Positions 20,534 to 28,186 of a DNA stretch of 32,000 nucleotides are shown piece by piece. The notes below the pieces were generated by a model. The model worked only from the letters and a program-made list of their open reading frames with translations. It made no database searches and was not told the DNA's origin. Location of the stretch: NCBI RefSeq assembly GCF_000186885.1, contig NC_014972.1, forward strand, positions 3,630,001-3,662,000, written 5' to 3'. How positions within the stretch are numbered: the stretch's first letter is position 1; each line of letters begins with the position of its first letter. The position numbers and the translations under genes are program-made. The stretch is from Desulfobulbus propionicus DSM 2032. GTDB lineage: Bacteria; Desulfobacterota; Desulfobulbia; Desulfobulbales; Desulfobulbaceae.

Positions 20534-21039
20534 TTGCGCTCCCTGTCCGTTGCGTGCCCGGCCGTCTGCCGAGCGGCCTTGTCCGTGGGTTCCTGCTTGA
20601 TCACGTTTGGTGTCCCTTCAGCCCCAAGATAGAACACCGCCAGCTTGACCGGCTCGGTGCCGCTGTTGGTGCCATTATGCAGGACATCGACCACCTCGAT
20701 CACCGCCTCGCCGGCACGATACGCGGTGGAGCGGCCATCTTCCAGCTCGACGGCCAGGGTGCCAGCAATCACATACGCATAGACGGGAACCGGATGCTTG
20801 TGCCAGCCGGTGCTGGCGCCAGGCGCAAGCTCCACGGTCATGGCGGTCACCTCGGCCTTGTCGGTGCAGGGATAGACGATCTTGTGTCCATTGGCGGTGG
20901 TAGTGGTTTTCTGCACGACATGGGCGGTCACTCCGCCACGGTAGCCGCTGTCGGCAAACACCGGCCCTGCCGTGAGCAGCAGGACCAACAGAAAGAAAAC
21001 GATGGGTTGCTGCCATCGTCGGCAATACACGCGCCTCAT
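20530..21039 (-). CDS. cupin-domain protein with a predicted N-terminal signal peptide
   Basis: Track ORF trimmed to ATG 21039, which has GGAGGAG upstream. Signal-like N-terminus: MRRVYCRRWQQPIVFFLLVLLLTAGPVFA/DS. Cupin barrel motif: GASTGWHKHPVPVYAYVIAGTL...GEAVIEVVDVLHNG. Confidence 0.75.
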   Translation of the reverse strand: MRRVYCRRWQQPIVFFLLVLLLTAGPVFADSGYRGGVTAHVVQKTTTTANGHKIVYPCTDKAEVTAMTVELAPGASTGWHKHPVPVYAYVIAGTLAVELEDGRSTAYRAGEAVIEVVDVLHNGTNSGTEPVKLAVFYLGAEGTPNVIKQEPTDKAARQTAGHATDRERK

Positions 21040-21152
21040 GCACGCACTCCTCCGGTTGAATGAACGGATATACACGCTTGTTTGCCAGCCAAAGCCCGGC
21101 CGGTTCTCGTGGGTCCCCTGGTTGTCCGGTGGGGAGGGCATCTCCGCAGCAC

Positions 21153-21563
21153 TCAGCCACGGTTGAAGGTGATGCGCAGGATGTTGCGCCCCCCCTCCCG
21201 GTGATATCTGACGCTGTCCGCGAATGTGCGGATGAAATGCACTCCCAGGCCGCCCACGGCCCGCTCGCTGATGTTGGAAGCACGATCGGGTTCCGGCAGC
21301 GAAAGCAGATCAAAGGGCACACCCGAATCGACGATTTCGAGGACAAAGGCGTCGCCGTCGCCGTCGCAGGCCAGTTCGGCTTCTCCTTGCCCGTCCGGAT
21401 AGGCGTGATGGCAGATATTGACAAAGGCCTCTTCCAGGGCCAGGGTCAGGCCAAACCGTTTGTTGGGCCCCAGGCCGAAATGGGTGGCCTTGTCCTCCAC
21501 GAACGCAATCGCTTCGGCAAGGCGCTCCACCCGGGCCGCGACACGAAAAGTGTCAACAGACAT
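21153..21563 (-). CDS. anti-sigma-factor-type serine kinase (RsbW/SpoIIAB-like, HATPase_c_2)
   Basis: 136 aa. N box is LEEAFVNICHHAY, G1-like motif is EIVDSGVPFD, and G2 is VGGLGVHFIR. It lies 6 nt downstream of the STAS gene. Confidence 0.85.
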   Translation of the reverse strand: MSVDTFRVAARVERLAEAIAFVEDKATHFGLGPNKRFGLTLALEEAFVNICHHAYPDGQGEAELACDGDGDAFVLEIVDSGVPFDLLSLPEPDRASNISERAVGGLGVHFIRTFADSVRYHREGGRNILRITFNRG

Positions 21564-21569
21564 GGCCGG

Positions 21570-21905
21570 TTATTCAACAGCGGCCACGGCGCCGGCAACG
21601 GAATCGTGCATCGGGAAAATAGTGCTGAACCCGGAAATATCGAACACCTCCCTGACCGACCCGGTGACATTGGCACAACGGACCTGACCTCCCCTCGACT
21701 TGCTCCGTTTGGCGGTAGCAAGCAGGGCCCGCAGCCCGGCACTGCTAATGTAGTCGAGCCGTTCGCAATCAACGATCAGTACGCACGATTCGGCGGCAAG
21801 CAGTTCGTTGACCTTCTTTTCGAATTCCGGCGCGGTGACCGCGTCCAATTTGCCGGTGAGGGCGAGAACCAGAGTACTGCCTTCCGTGCTCATCTGTATG
21901 TCCAT
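21570..21905 (-). CDS. STAS-domain anti-sigma-factor antagonist (RsbV/SpoIIAA-like)
   Basis: ATG 21905 with GAGGAA 7 nt upstream is preferred over the GTG at 21926. The phosphorylatable-serine motif is DYISSAGLRALL, and the C-terminus has VREVFDISGF. Confidence 0.85.
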   Translation of the reverse strand: MDIQMSTEGSTLVLALTGKLDAVTAPEFEKKVNELLAAESCVLIVDCERLDYISSAGLRALLATAKRSKSRGGQVRCANVTGSVREVFDISGFSTIFPMHDSVAGAVAAVE

Positions 21906-21948
21906 GGTGTTCCTCGTTTCTTTCACGCTGCATCCGGAGAGGCCCGGA

Positions 21949-23883
21949 TCACTGGGTTGTGTTTGTACCTATCCCTCGATAGGTAATGGCGAGCATGGTC
22001 ACGTCGTCGGACTGCGGCGCCCCTCCGGCGTGCCGGGCGACATCCGCCCGGATGCCATGAATGATCTCCGCCAGTTCCCGATCCGCCCTTTCCTGCAGGG
22101 CCGCCAGCAACCGCGATTCGCCGTAGGGTTCCTCTTGTCCGTTTTTCGCTTCGGTCACCCCGTCGGTATACAGAAACAGGACCTCCCCCGGCAACAGGGT
22201 GATCCGCTCGCTTGCATACACCGCCTCCTCCATGGGACCAAGGACAAATCCCGCCCGGACCGACAGGAGCCGCGCCGCTCCTCCGCTGATCAGCACCGGC
22301 GGATTGTGGCCGGCATTGGCGAAACGGACCTCGCCGCTGGTCGTGTCGAGGATGGCGCAGAACACGGTGGTGAACATGCAGCTGTCGTTGTCCGCGGCCA
22401 GGATGGTGTTGACCCGGGACAGGATCCGGTCCGGCTCGCCAAGCATCTGCCCCTCGGCCTTGAGCAGGGTCTTGACCACCATCATGTAGAGGGCGGCCGG
22501 GACCCCCTTGTCGGCCACGTCGGCGATCAAAAAACAGAGGTTGTCCTGGTCGACGAAGAAAAAGTCGTAGAAATCGCCACCCACCTCCTTTGCCGGATCC
22601 ATAGCGGCGAAGACATCGAACTCGGGCCGGTCGGGAAAGGCGGGAAACAGGCGGGGCAGCAGGCTGGCCTGGATGTCGGTGGCCATCTTGAGTTCGCTCT
22701 GGATGCGCTCCTTGGCGGCAGTGGTTTCGGTCAGGTTGCGGATATATTCTTTGAGGGCCGTGGTCATGGCGGCAAAGGCCAGGGTCAGCTTGCCCACCTC
22801 GTCGCGCACCCGTACGGGCGGCAAGTTGGTGTCAAAGTGGCCTGCGGCGATCCCCTCCGTTGCCTTGGCCAAGGCACCAAGCGGGGCGGTGACGGTGCGG
22901 GCGATGAAAAAGACCATGATGGTCAACAAGCCAATCCCTCCCAGGGCAATACCGGTCACGGTAAAGGTGAGACGATGGACATCCGCATACATCTCCGCTT
23001 TGGGAAAAACGACCGCCAAGGTCCAGCCGGTGGAGGGAATCGGGGCGTAGTACATCCAGGTGTCGACGTTGCGCAGGTTGGTATAGGCGACCAATCCCGA
23101 TTCGCCGCGCGCCATTTTCCTGCCGATCTCGCGGAGTTCCGGACTGTTGCGCGATTCGGCGAGACTGAAGATGGTTTCGTTCATGATCAAATTGCGGTCA
23201 GGATGGGTCAGGAAGGTGCCGTTGCGGGAGAGGAGGAAACTGTAGCCCGTGTCCAGCACCCGGATGGAGGCCACCAGCCTGGTCAGCCACTCCAGGGAAA
23301 CATCGGCCACCACAACGCCGCGCACCGCTTTCTCCTTGCCCTGGTCCATGAAAATCGGGACCGAGCAGCTGGTCATCAGGATCTCGCCGCTGGTCTCGTC
23401 GTCATAGGGCTCGCTCCACGCCTGTTCCCGCAGCTCCTTGGCAATCTGATACCAATCCTGCTGCAGATACTGGAAATTCTCCTCTGGAGCGAAGAGCAGC
23501 TGGTCGCCTTGCCTATAAAAATAGGGAACCACCGGACAGGGCGGGTTGAAGGCGGGATCGGGTTCAAAGGCCACCCCAAGGCCATGGATCTCACGGTTCT
23601 CGATCAGGGTCCGCCGCAGAAGGAGCGACAATGACTGGTCGGAGGTCACCCCTGTCTCCACGGAGCGCCCCACGCCTTCGGCGACCTTGCCAATGGCGCG
23701 CAGGGTGGCCTCCATCCTGTTCACCGAGGCCAACACCAGTTTCTCGGCATTGTTCTCCACTTCTCGTTCCAGGGCCACTCGGGAACGGTGATAAAAATAG
23801 CTGATGGCCACGGAAAAAATCAGGATGGTGCAGACCGAGACCACCAGCGTGAAGGTGGAGGCGATGGTTCTAGCGGCGAACAT
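21949..23883 (-). CDS. membrane sensor phosphatase: Cache-like periplasmic domain, HAMP, PP2C/SpoIIE (RsbU-like)
   Basis: TM1 is TIASTFTLVVSVCTILIFSVAISYF. A periplasmic region of about 270 aa follows, then TM2 (FTVTGIALGGIGLLTIMVFFIA) and a HAMP domain (PLGALAKATEGIAAGHFD...DEVGKLTLAFAAM). PP2C motifs are GGDFYDFF, FLIADVADKGVPAAL, LYTDGVTEA and QSDDVTML. Start taken as ATG 23883, a 14-nt overlap with the upstream gene; ATG 23919 is an alternative. Confidence 0.85.
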   Translation of the reverse strand: MFAARTIASTFTLVVSVCTILIFSVAISYFYHRSRVALEREVENNAEKLVLASVNRMEATLRAIGKVAEGVGRSVETGVTSDQSLSLLLRRTLIENREIHGLGVAFEPDPAFNPPCPVVPYFYRQGDQLLFAPEENFQYLQQDWYQIAKELREQAWSEPYDDETSGEILMTSCSVPIFMDQGKEKAVRGVVVADVSLEWLTRLVASIRVLDTGYSFLLSRNGTFLTHPDRNLIMNETIFSLAESRNSPELREIGRKMARGESGLVAYTNLRNVDTWMYYAPIPSTGWTLAVVFPKAEMYADVHRLTFTVTGIALGGIGLLTIMVFFIARTVTAPLGALAKATEGIAAGHFDTNLPPVRVRDEVGKLTLAFAAMTTALKEYIRNLTETTAAKERIQSELKMATDIQASLLPRLFPAFPDRPEFDVFAAMDPAKEVGGDFYDFFFVDQDNLCFLIADVADKGVPAALYMMVVKTLLKAEGQMLGEPDRILSRVNTILAADNDSCMFTTVFCAILDTTSGEVRFANAGHNPPVLISGGAARLLSVRAGFVLGPMEEAVYASERITLLPGEVLFLYTDGVTEAKNGQEEPYGESRLLAALQERADRELAEIIHGIRADVARHAGGAPQSDDVTMLAITYRGIGTNTTQ

Positions 23884-24871
23884 CGGCCCCCCCCATGAAG
23901 GTTTCGTAATCGGGAACATCCTTGATGACCCCGTGGTCACGCAAAATGGCCGCGGCTGCCTGGTATCCCGGCGGCTGCAGGCGGCCAGGTGGTTCACCGT
24001 CGCTTGCCGGAGCCATCAAGTCGCGCATCCGCTCCAGCATCCATCGCTGGTGTGACCGGCTTGCAGGTACCTTGGCCTGCCGCATGATACGGAGGGTGAC
24101 GTCCAGGGTTTCTTCCGGAGCAGCAAAGGCGTATCGCCACCCTTCCAAGGATGCCCTGGCAAAGGCCTTGGCCAAGGCCGGATCCTGGCGATAGCGATGC
24201 TCCAAGGCATATAAGCCGTCCTCGGGAAAGGTGATGCCGTGCTCATGGAGAGAAAAAACCCGCAGTTCTTCCGGGTTGATCCCGGCATTGAGCATGGTGT
24301 GGTATTCATTGTACCACATGGCCGAGGCCGCATCGAGACCGCCCCGGAGAAACAGGTTGACGGTATAGGCCTGGGGGATCCGCCGTACCTGAAGGTGATA
24401 CCGGTCAAGGAAGGCCAGAATCGGCAGGGACAGTTCGCCGTCCCACACCCCGATTTTTTTTCCTTGAAGGTCCTTGGGCGTTCGGATGCCGCTTGCCGTG
24501 CGGACCACAAGCAGCAGGGAGGAACGCGGAACGATCTGCGCCAGGTTGACGAGTTTGAGCCCGGCATCATGCTGCTGCAGGGCGGTCGACAACCAGAGCA
24601 CGGCGAAATCGGCCTCACCGTTGGTCAGCGATTGTATCGCCGAGCGGCCCGGCCCCCCCGTGAGAATGGTCAGATCGATACCATGGCGGGCATAAATGCC
24701 CTTTTCCAGGGCCATATAATAACCGGCAAACTGAGCCTGCGGGCTCCACAAAGGCATGAGCCGCGCCTTTTTCAGGCCTGTTTCCGCAGAGGCTGGGGAA
24801 ACAAGGCCGGCGAACACGGCCAACCACACCATCAGGCACACGCAAACCGTGCGTCGGCGCGCTTTTCCCAT
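23870..24871 (-). CDS. periplasmic substrate-binding protein, NMT1/THI5 (TauA/SsuA-like) family
   Basis: Track ORF trimmed to ATG 24871. Signal peptide is MGKARRRTVCVCLMVWLAVFAGLVSPASA. Family-like WSPQAQFAGYYMALEKGIYARHGIDLTILTGG and NGEADFAV. No ABC permease or ATPase gene is nearby. Confidence 0.8.
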   Translation of the reverse strand: MGKARRRTVCVCLMVWLAVFAGLVSPASAETGLKKARLMPLWSPQAQFAGYYMALEKGIYARHGIDLTILTGGPGRSAIQSLTNGEADFAVLWLSTALQQHDAGLKLVNLAQIVPRSSLLLVVRTASGIRTPKDLQGKKIGVWDGELSLPILAFLDRYHLQVRRIPQAYTVNLFLRGGLDAASAMWYNEYHTMLNAGINPEELRVFSLHEHGITFPEDGLYALEHRYRQDPALAKAFARASLEGWRYAFAAPEETLDVTLRIMRQAKVPASRSHQRWMLERMRDLMAPASDGEPPGRLQPPGYQAAAAILRDHGVIKDVPDYETFMGGADVRR

Positions 24872-25290
24872 GGTTGTTTCCTGTATTGGCGAGATCACCG
24901 CTGCTGTCTGAATCGACACATCGTCCCTCGACGGTGGAGAAAGAGCTGCCGCAAGACCATTCCATCGGTACAACCGCTTGACGGCAAAACATGAGGTCCT
25001 TGCCCCTCCGTCATGCCGCCTGGTTCTGCCGCGCAGGCAGCGATGAGCAGGCACATGCTTCAAAGGGACCAACACGATCGATTGTAGCTTAATCACCAAA
25101 ATGAAATCAAAAAAAATTCCACTTTCCCGATCCTTTTGTACAATGAACGCATGCAGGACCTGTCCATGCCGACCGACGGGCACAATTTTTCTTCCCCGGC
25201 GTGCGACTTCTCGCTCTTCATCGAACTAACCAAAAGCCGTTCGCCCCCCTCTTGCTGGCCGGAACGCGAACAAGGAACTTGTTATAGGGC

Positions 25291-25917
25291 ATGAAACGCT
25301 TCTCATCGATTTTTCATCGGAACGAGCCGCACACGGTGCAGGGAACAGGCAGGGTGAACGCACTCAGGGCAAGAAGATCAGCCCCTCGATTCCACGGGTG
25401 GAGCGTGCTCGCGGCAGTGGCGATCGTGTCGTTGCTGGGAGGCTGTGCCGGCAAATCCGTGGTGCGCGTGATGGACACGACCGCCTATTGCGGCTGTGCA
25501 ATCTGCTGCAGCTGGGAAAGGGGCAGCTGGACCTATCTCAAGTTGGATTTCTGGAATCGCTATGTGAGCGCTGGCCCCCAGGCAGGGCGGCCCTATAGCG
25601 GTTTGACGGCCCGGGGGACCAGCCCCCATGAACCTGCCGCCGGACTCTTTTCCTGGGACACGGTGGAGCGTCCGTGGATGCTCCCCCTTCGTCTATTGCC
25701 CTGGTCATGGTTTCCCGAAGATGGCACCATTGCCGCCGATACCCGCTATTATCCGTTCGGCACCAGGATGTATGTTCCGGGATACGGGTGGGGGACTGTG
25801 GAAGATCGGGGGGGCGCCATCAAGGGCAGGGATCGGATTGATTTGTTCTTCGATTCCCATGACGACGCCCTCCTGTGGGGACGGAAAAAAGTGGAAGTGC
25901 GCATCGAGTACCCTTGA
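25291..25917 (+). CDS. 3D-domain (MltA/RlpA-like double-psi barrel) lipoprotein
   Basis: Lipobox-like SLLGGC after a hydrophobic segment. TAYCGCAICCS motif, and the C-terminal 3D-domain pattern GTIAADTRYYPFGTRMYVPGYGWGTVEDRGGAIKGRDRIDLFF. Confidence 0.75.
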   Translation: MKRFSSIFHRNEPHTVQGTGRVNALRARRSAPRFHGWSVLAAVAIVSLLGGCAGKSVVRVMDTTAYCGCAICCSWERGSWTYLKLDFWNRYVSAGPQAGRPYSGLTARGTSPHEPAAGLFSWDTVERPWMLPLRLLPWSWFPEDGTIAADTRYYPFGTRMYVPGYGWGTVEDRGGAIKGRDRIDLFFDSHDDALLWGRKKVEVRIEYP

Positions 25918-25982
25918 TGGCATCGTGGGCTTCTCGGCCGGCCGGAAGTCCTTCCACTTCCCGCCCCGGGCTGCCGGACAGC

Positions 25983-27515
25983 CTAACGATCTTTTTTGGG
26001 TTTATCCAGATAATCGATGCCCTCCTCGTGCAGCTCCTTGAGCTTGATTTCAATGCATTCGCAGAGGGTTTTCAGGATCTTGATACGGGCGAAATTCTTG
26101 TCGTTGGCTTCGACCAGGGTCCACGGGGCAAGCAAGGTGCTTGTCCGGTCAACCATGTCGCACACCGCCTGCTCGTATTCCTCCCATTTTTCCCGATTGC
26201 GCCAGTCCTCCTCGGTAATCTTGAAACTCTTGAATCCGGTCCGCTGTCGTTCCTCGAATCGCCGCAACTGCTCGTCCTTGGTGATGGCCAGCCAGAATTT
26301 GACGACCAGCAGGTGATGCCTGACCATCTGCGCTTCGAAATCGTTGATTTCGCCATAGGCCCGCATCCAATCGACCTCTGCGCAGAACCCCTCGACCCGT
26401 TCCACCAGTACCCGGCCGTACCAGGAGCGATCAAAGATGGTCACCCGGCCTTTCCGGGGAAGATGCCGCCAGAAACGCCACAGATAGGGCTGGGCACGCT
26501 CTTCCTCGGAGGGAGCGGCAATGGGAATGACCTGGTAGTAGCGGGCGTCCAACGCCCCGGTAATGCGGCGGATACTGCCTCCTTTGCCGGCGGCGTCGTT
26601 GCCCTCGAACACGGCGATCACCGACATGTATTTGAACTTGGGATCGCGGGTCAGCACATTCAGCCTGCCTTGATATTTTTCCAGCTGAACCTTGAATTTG
26701 TCCTTGCTCAACGCCTGCTTCATATCAAGCGTCTTGAGCAGATGCAGGTTGTCGATGGCGGGCATCAGCGGCGGCGCGAGAATCTTGGCAGGAACCACCT
26801 GTTCCTGTTCCAGCCTCTCCTGGATCGCCTTGAGAATCACCTTGCCCACGGTGAGGTTGCGGTAATGGGCATCTTCCCCTTCCACAATCAGCCACGGCGC
26901 CTCAGCCGTGCTGGTGTGGCGGATAACATGCTCATGCACTTCTTGAAATTTGTCGTAGGCCTTGAAATGCTTCCAGTCACGATCAGTGACCTTCCAGCGG
27001 GTCAACGGATTTTTTTCCAACTCCTTGAAACGTTTTTCCTGTTTCTTTTTGGAGAGGTGCAGCCAAAATTTGATTATCAAGGCCCCCTCATCCACCAGCA
27101 TTTTTTCCAACCGTTTGGCCCGTTCCATGCTTTGTTCAAGATCGGCGGCCTTGGTGCGGCCATTGACCCGGTTGAGAATAGGCCAAGTGTACCAGGAACC
27201 GAGAAAAACCCCAATCTTGCCCTTGGGCGGCAAGGCGCGCCAGAAGCGCCACATCATCGGACGATCGAGTTCCTCGTCGGAAGGCTCGCCCATGCCATGG
27301 GTTTGGATGTGGCGCGGATCCATCCATTCGTTGAGCAGATTGACGGTGGCCCCGCGCCCCGCGCCATCCAATCCTCCCACCAGGATAATCACCGGGAAAG
27401 CCGCGGATTCCGCCAGCCTCAGCTGCGCATCGAGCAGCGCCTCGCGCAGGGGAGGAACCTCTTGCTCATACACTGACTTTTTAATTTTGTGTCCTAATTC
27501 CGCCGATTCAAACAT
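25983..27515 (-). CDS. ppk2: two-domain polyphosphate kinase 2 (polyphosphate:AMP phosphotransferase-type)
   Basis: Two tandem PPK2 modules. Module 1 has P-loop GGLDGAGRGATV and lid WRFWRALPPKGKIGVFLGSWY; module 2 has FEGNDAAGKGGSI and WRFWRHLPRKGRVTIFDRSWY. GAGGAGG SD lies upstream of ATG 27515. Confidence 0.9.
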   Translation of the reverse strand: MFESAELGHKIKKSVYEQEVPPLREALLDAQLRLAESAAFPVIILVGGLDGAGRGATVNLLNEWMDPRHIQTHGMGEPSDEELDRPMMWRFWRALPPKGKIGVFLGSWYTWPILNRVNGRTKAADLEQSMERAKRLEKMLVDEGALIIKFWLHLSKKKQEKRFKELEKNPLTRWKVTDRDWKHFKAYDKFQEVHEHVIRHTSTAEAPWLIVEGEDAHYRNLTVGKVILKAIQERLEQEQVVPAKILAPPLMPAIDNLHLLKTLDMKQALSKDKFKVQLEKYQGRLNVLTRDPKFKYMSVIAVFEGNDAAGKGGSIRRITGALDARYYQVIPIAAPSEEERAQPYLWRFWRHLPRKGRVTIFDRSWYGRVLVERVEGFCAEVDWMRAYGEINDFEAQMVRHHLLVVKFWLAITKDEQLRRFEERQRTGFKSFKITEEDWRNREKWEEYEQAVCDMVDRTSTLLAPWTLVEANDKNFARIKILKTLCECIEIKLKELHEEGIDYLDKPKKDR

Positions 27516-27975
27516 GCTTGGCCTCCTCGCGCTGCTGGGCAGTCACGACAATGAATCCACAATGTCCCCAGACCGATCACCGCACGCCGTTTCCTCGTCC
27601 GGCGCAGTTCCCGCCTGTTCCCCTTGACCGCCTTCCAGCTTGCCAGTACTCAAGCTATCGACGTAACGTCGTATCATAGTTGATATGCCGCTTGTTTTCA
27701 CCAACTTGTCCCAAAAGAAATGCACCGAAGGCTTGCCTGCCACGTATGGCGGCACATCGGGTACCATCCAGAAGGAATGGAGGCAGGTCGGAGAGGGAAA
27801 ACGGAGACACTCCATGACTGCGAGGATCGACCCGCTTCGCGAGGGAGGCGTCGCCCCCAACCGTTGGCTATTTTTTCCTTGACAGGAACGGAGAGAAGAG
27901 AATTGACAGCCAAAAAAGATTCAGGCTAGAATAAGGACGTTCTGTGACATCGTCCCAATCACGCATTGAGGAATA

Positions 27976-28073
27976 TGGCGGAAGTGCATGGGAATCGAAC
28001 CCACCTGCCGGGCTATTCACCCGACACACCGGATTTGAAGTCCGGGAGAGCCACCAGAGCCCTTTCCACTTCC
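27976..28073 (-). tRNA. selC: tRNA-Sec (anticodon UCA)
   Basis: Minus strand reads GGAAGTGGAAAGGGCTCTGGTGGCTCTCCCGGACTTCAAATCCGGTGTGTCGGGTGAATAGCCCGGCAGGTGGGTTCGATTCCCATGCACTTCCGCCA. Hand fold: extended acceptor, 6-bp D stem, anticodon loop CTTCAAA (UCA), 7-bp extra arm, TTCGATT T loop, G discriminator and encoded CCA. The ends (GGAAG...CTTCCGCCA) and GGACTTCAAATCC are as in E. coli selC. Confidence 0.85.
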
Positions 28074-28186
28074 GACTGGCTATAACTTTTACTCGCTACC
28101 CAACAGAAAAACAATCGTTTCTTCTCGTTTTCCTAACCCCTTGACCGGGCACATTGTCCGCAACCGCAACGCACGCCTATTTTCCG

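Noticed and set aside
21040-21152. Sigma54 (-24/-12) or sigma70 promoter between the RsbW-like gene and the cupin gene
   Set aside because: The minus-strand TGGCAAACAAGCG has the GG and GC elements at the wrong spacing for the TGGCAC-N5-TTGC consensus. TTGGCT/TATATC has only a 14-nt spacer. No promoter call is supported.
21808-23634. 608-aa + strand ORF
   Set aside because: It is antisense to the Cache-HAMP-PP2C gene, with low-complexity composition.
25875-27476. 533-aa + strand ORF
   Set aside because: It is antisense to the two-domain PPK2 gene, which has duplicated P-loop and lid motifs.
27543-27860. 105-aa minus-strand ORF between ppk2 and selC
   Set aside because: It has no ribosome-binding site, spans regions of heterogeneous composition, and has no recognisable motif.
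27976-28073. Interpreting the UCA tRNA as a Sec-shaped tRNA-Cys or a generic opal suppressor
   Set aside because: The discriminator is G, as in genuine tRNA-Sec, not the U73 needed for CysRS recognition. The D stem, extra arm and ends match selC. A link to the nearby CysRS-like gene is retained only as a low-confidence hypothesis.
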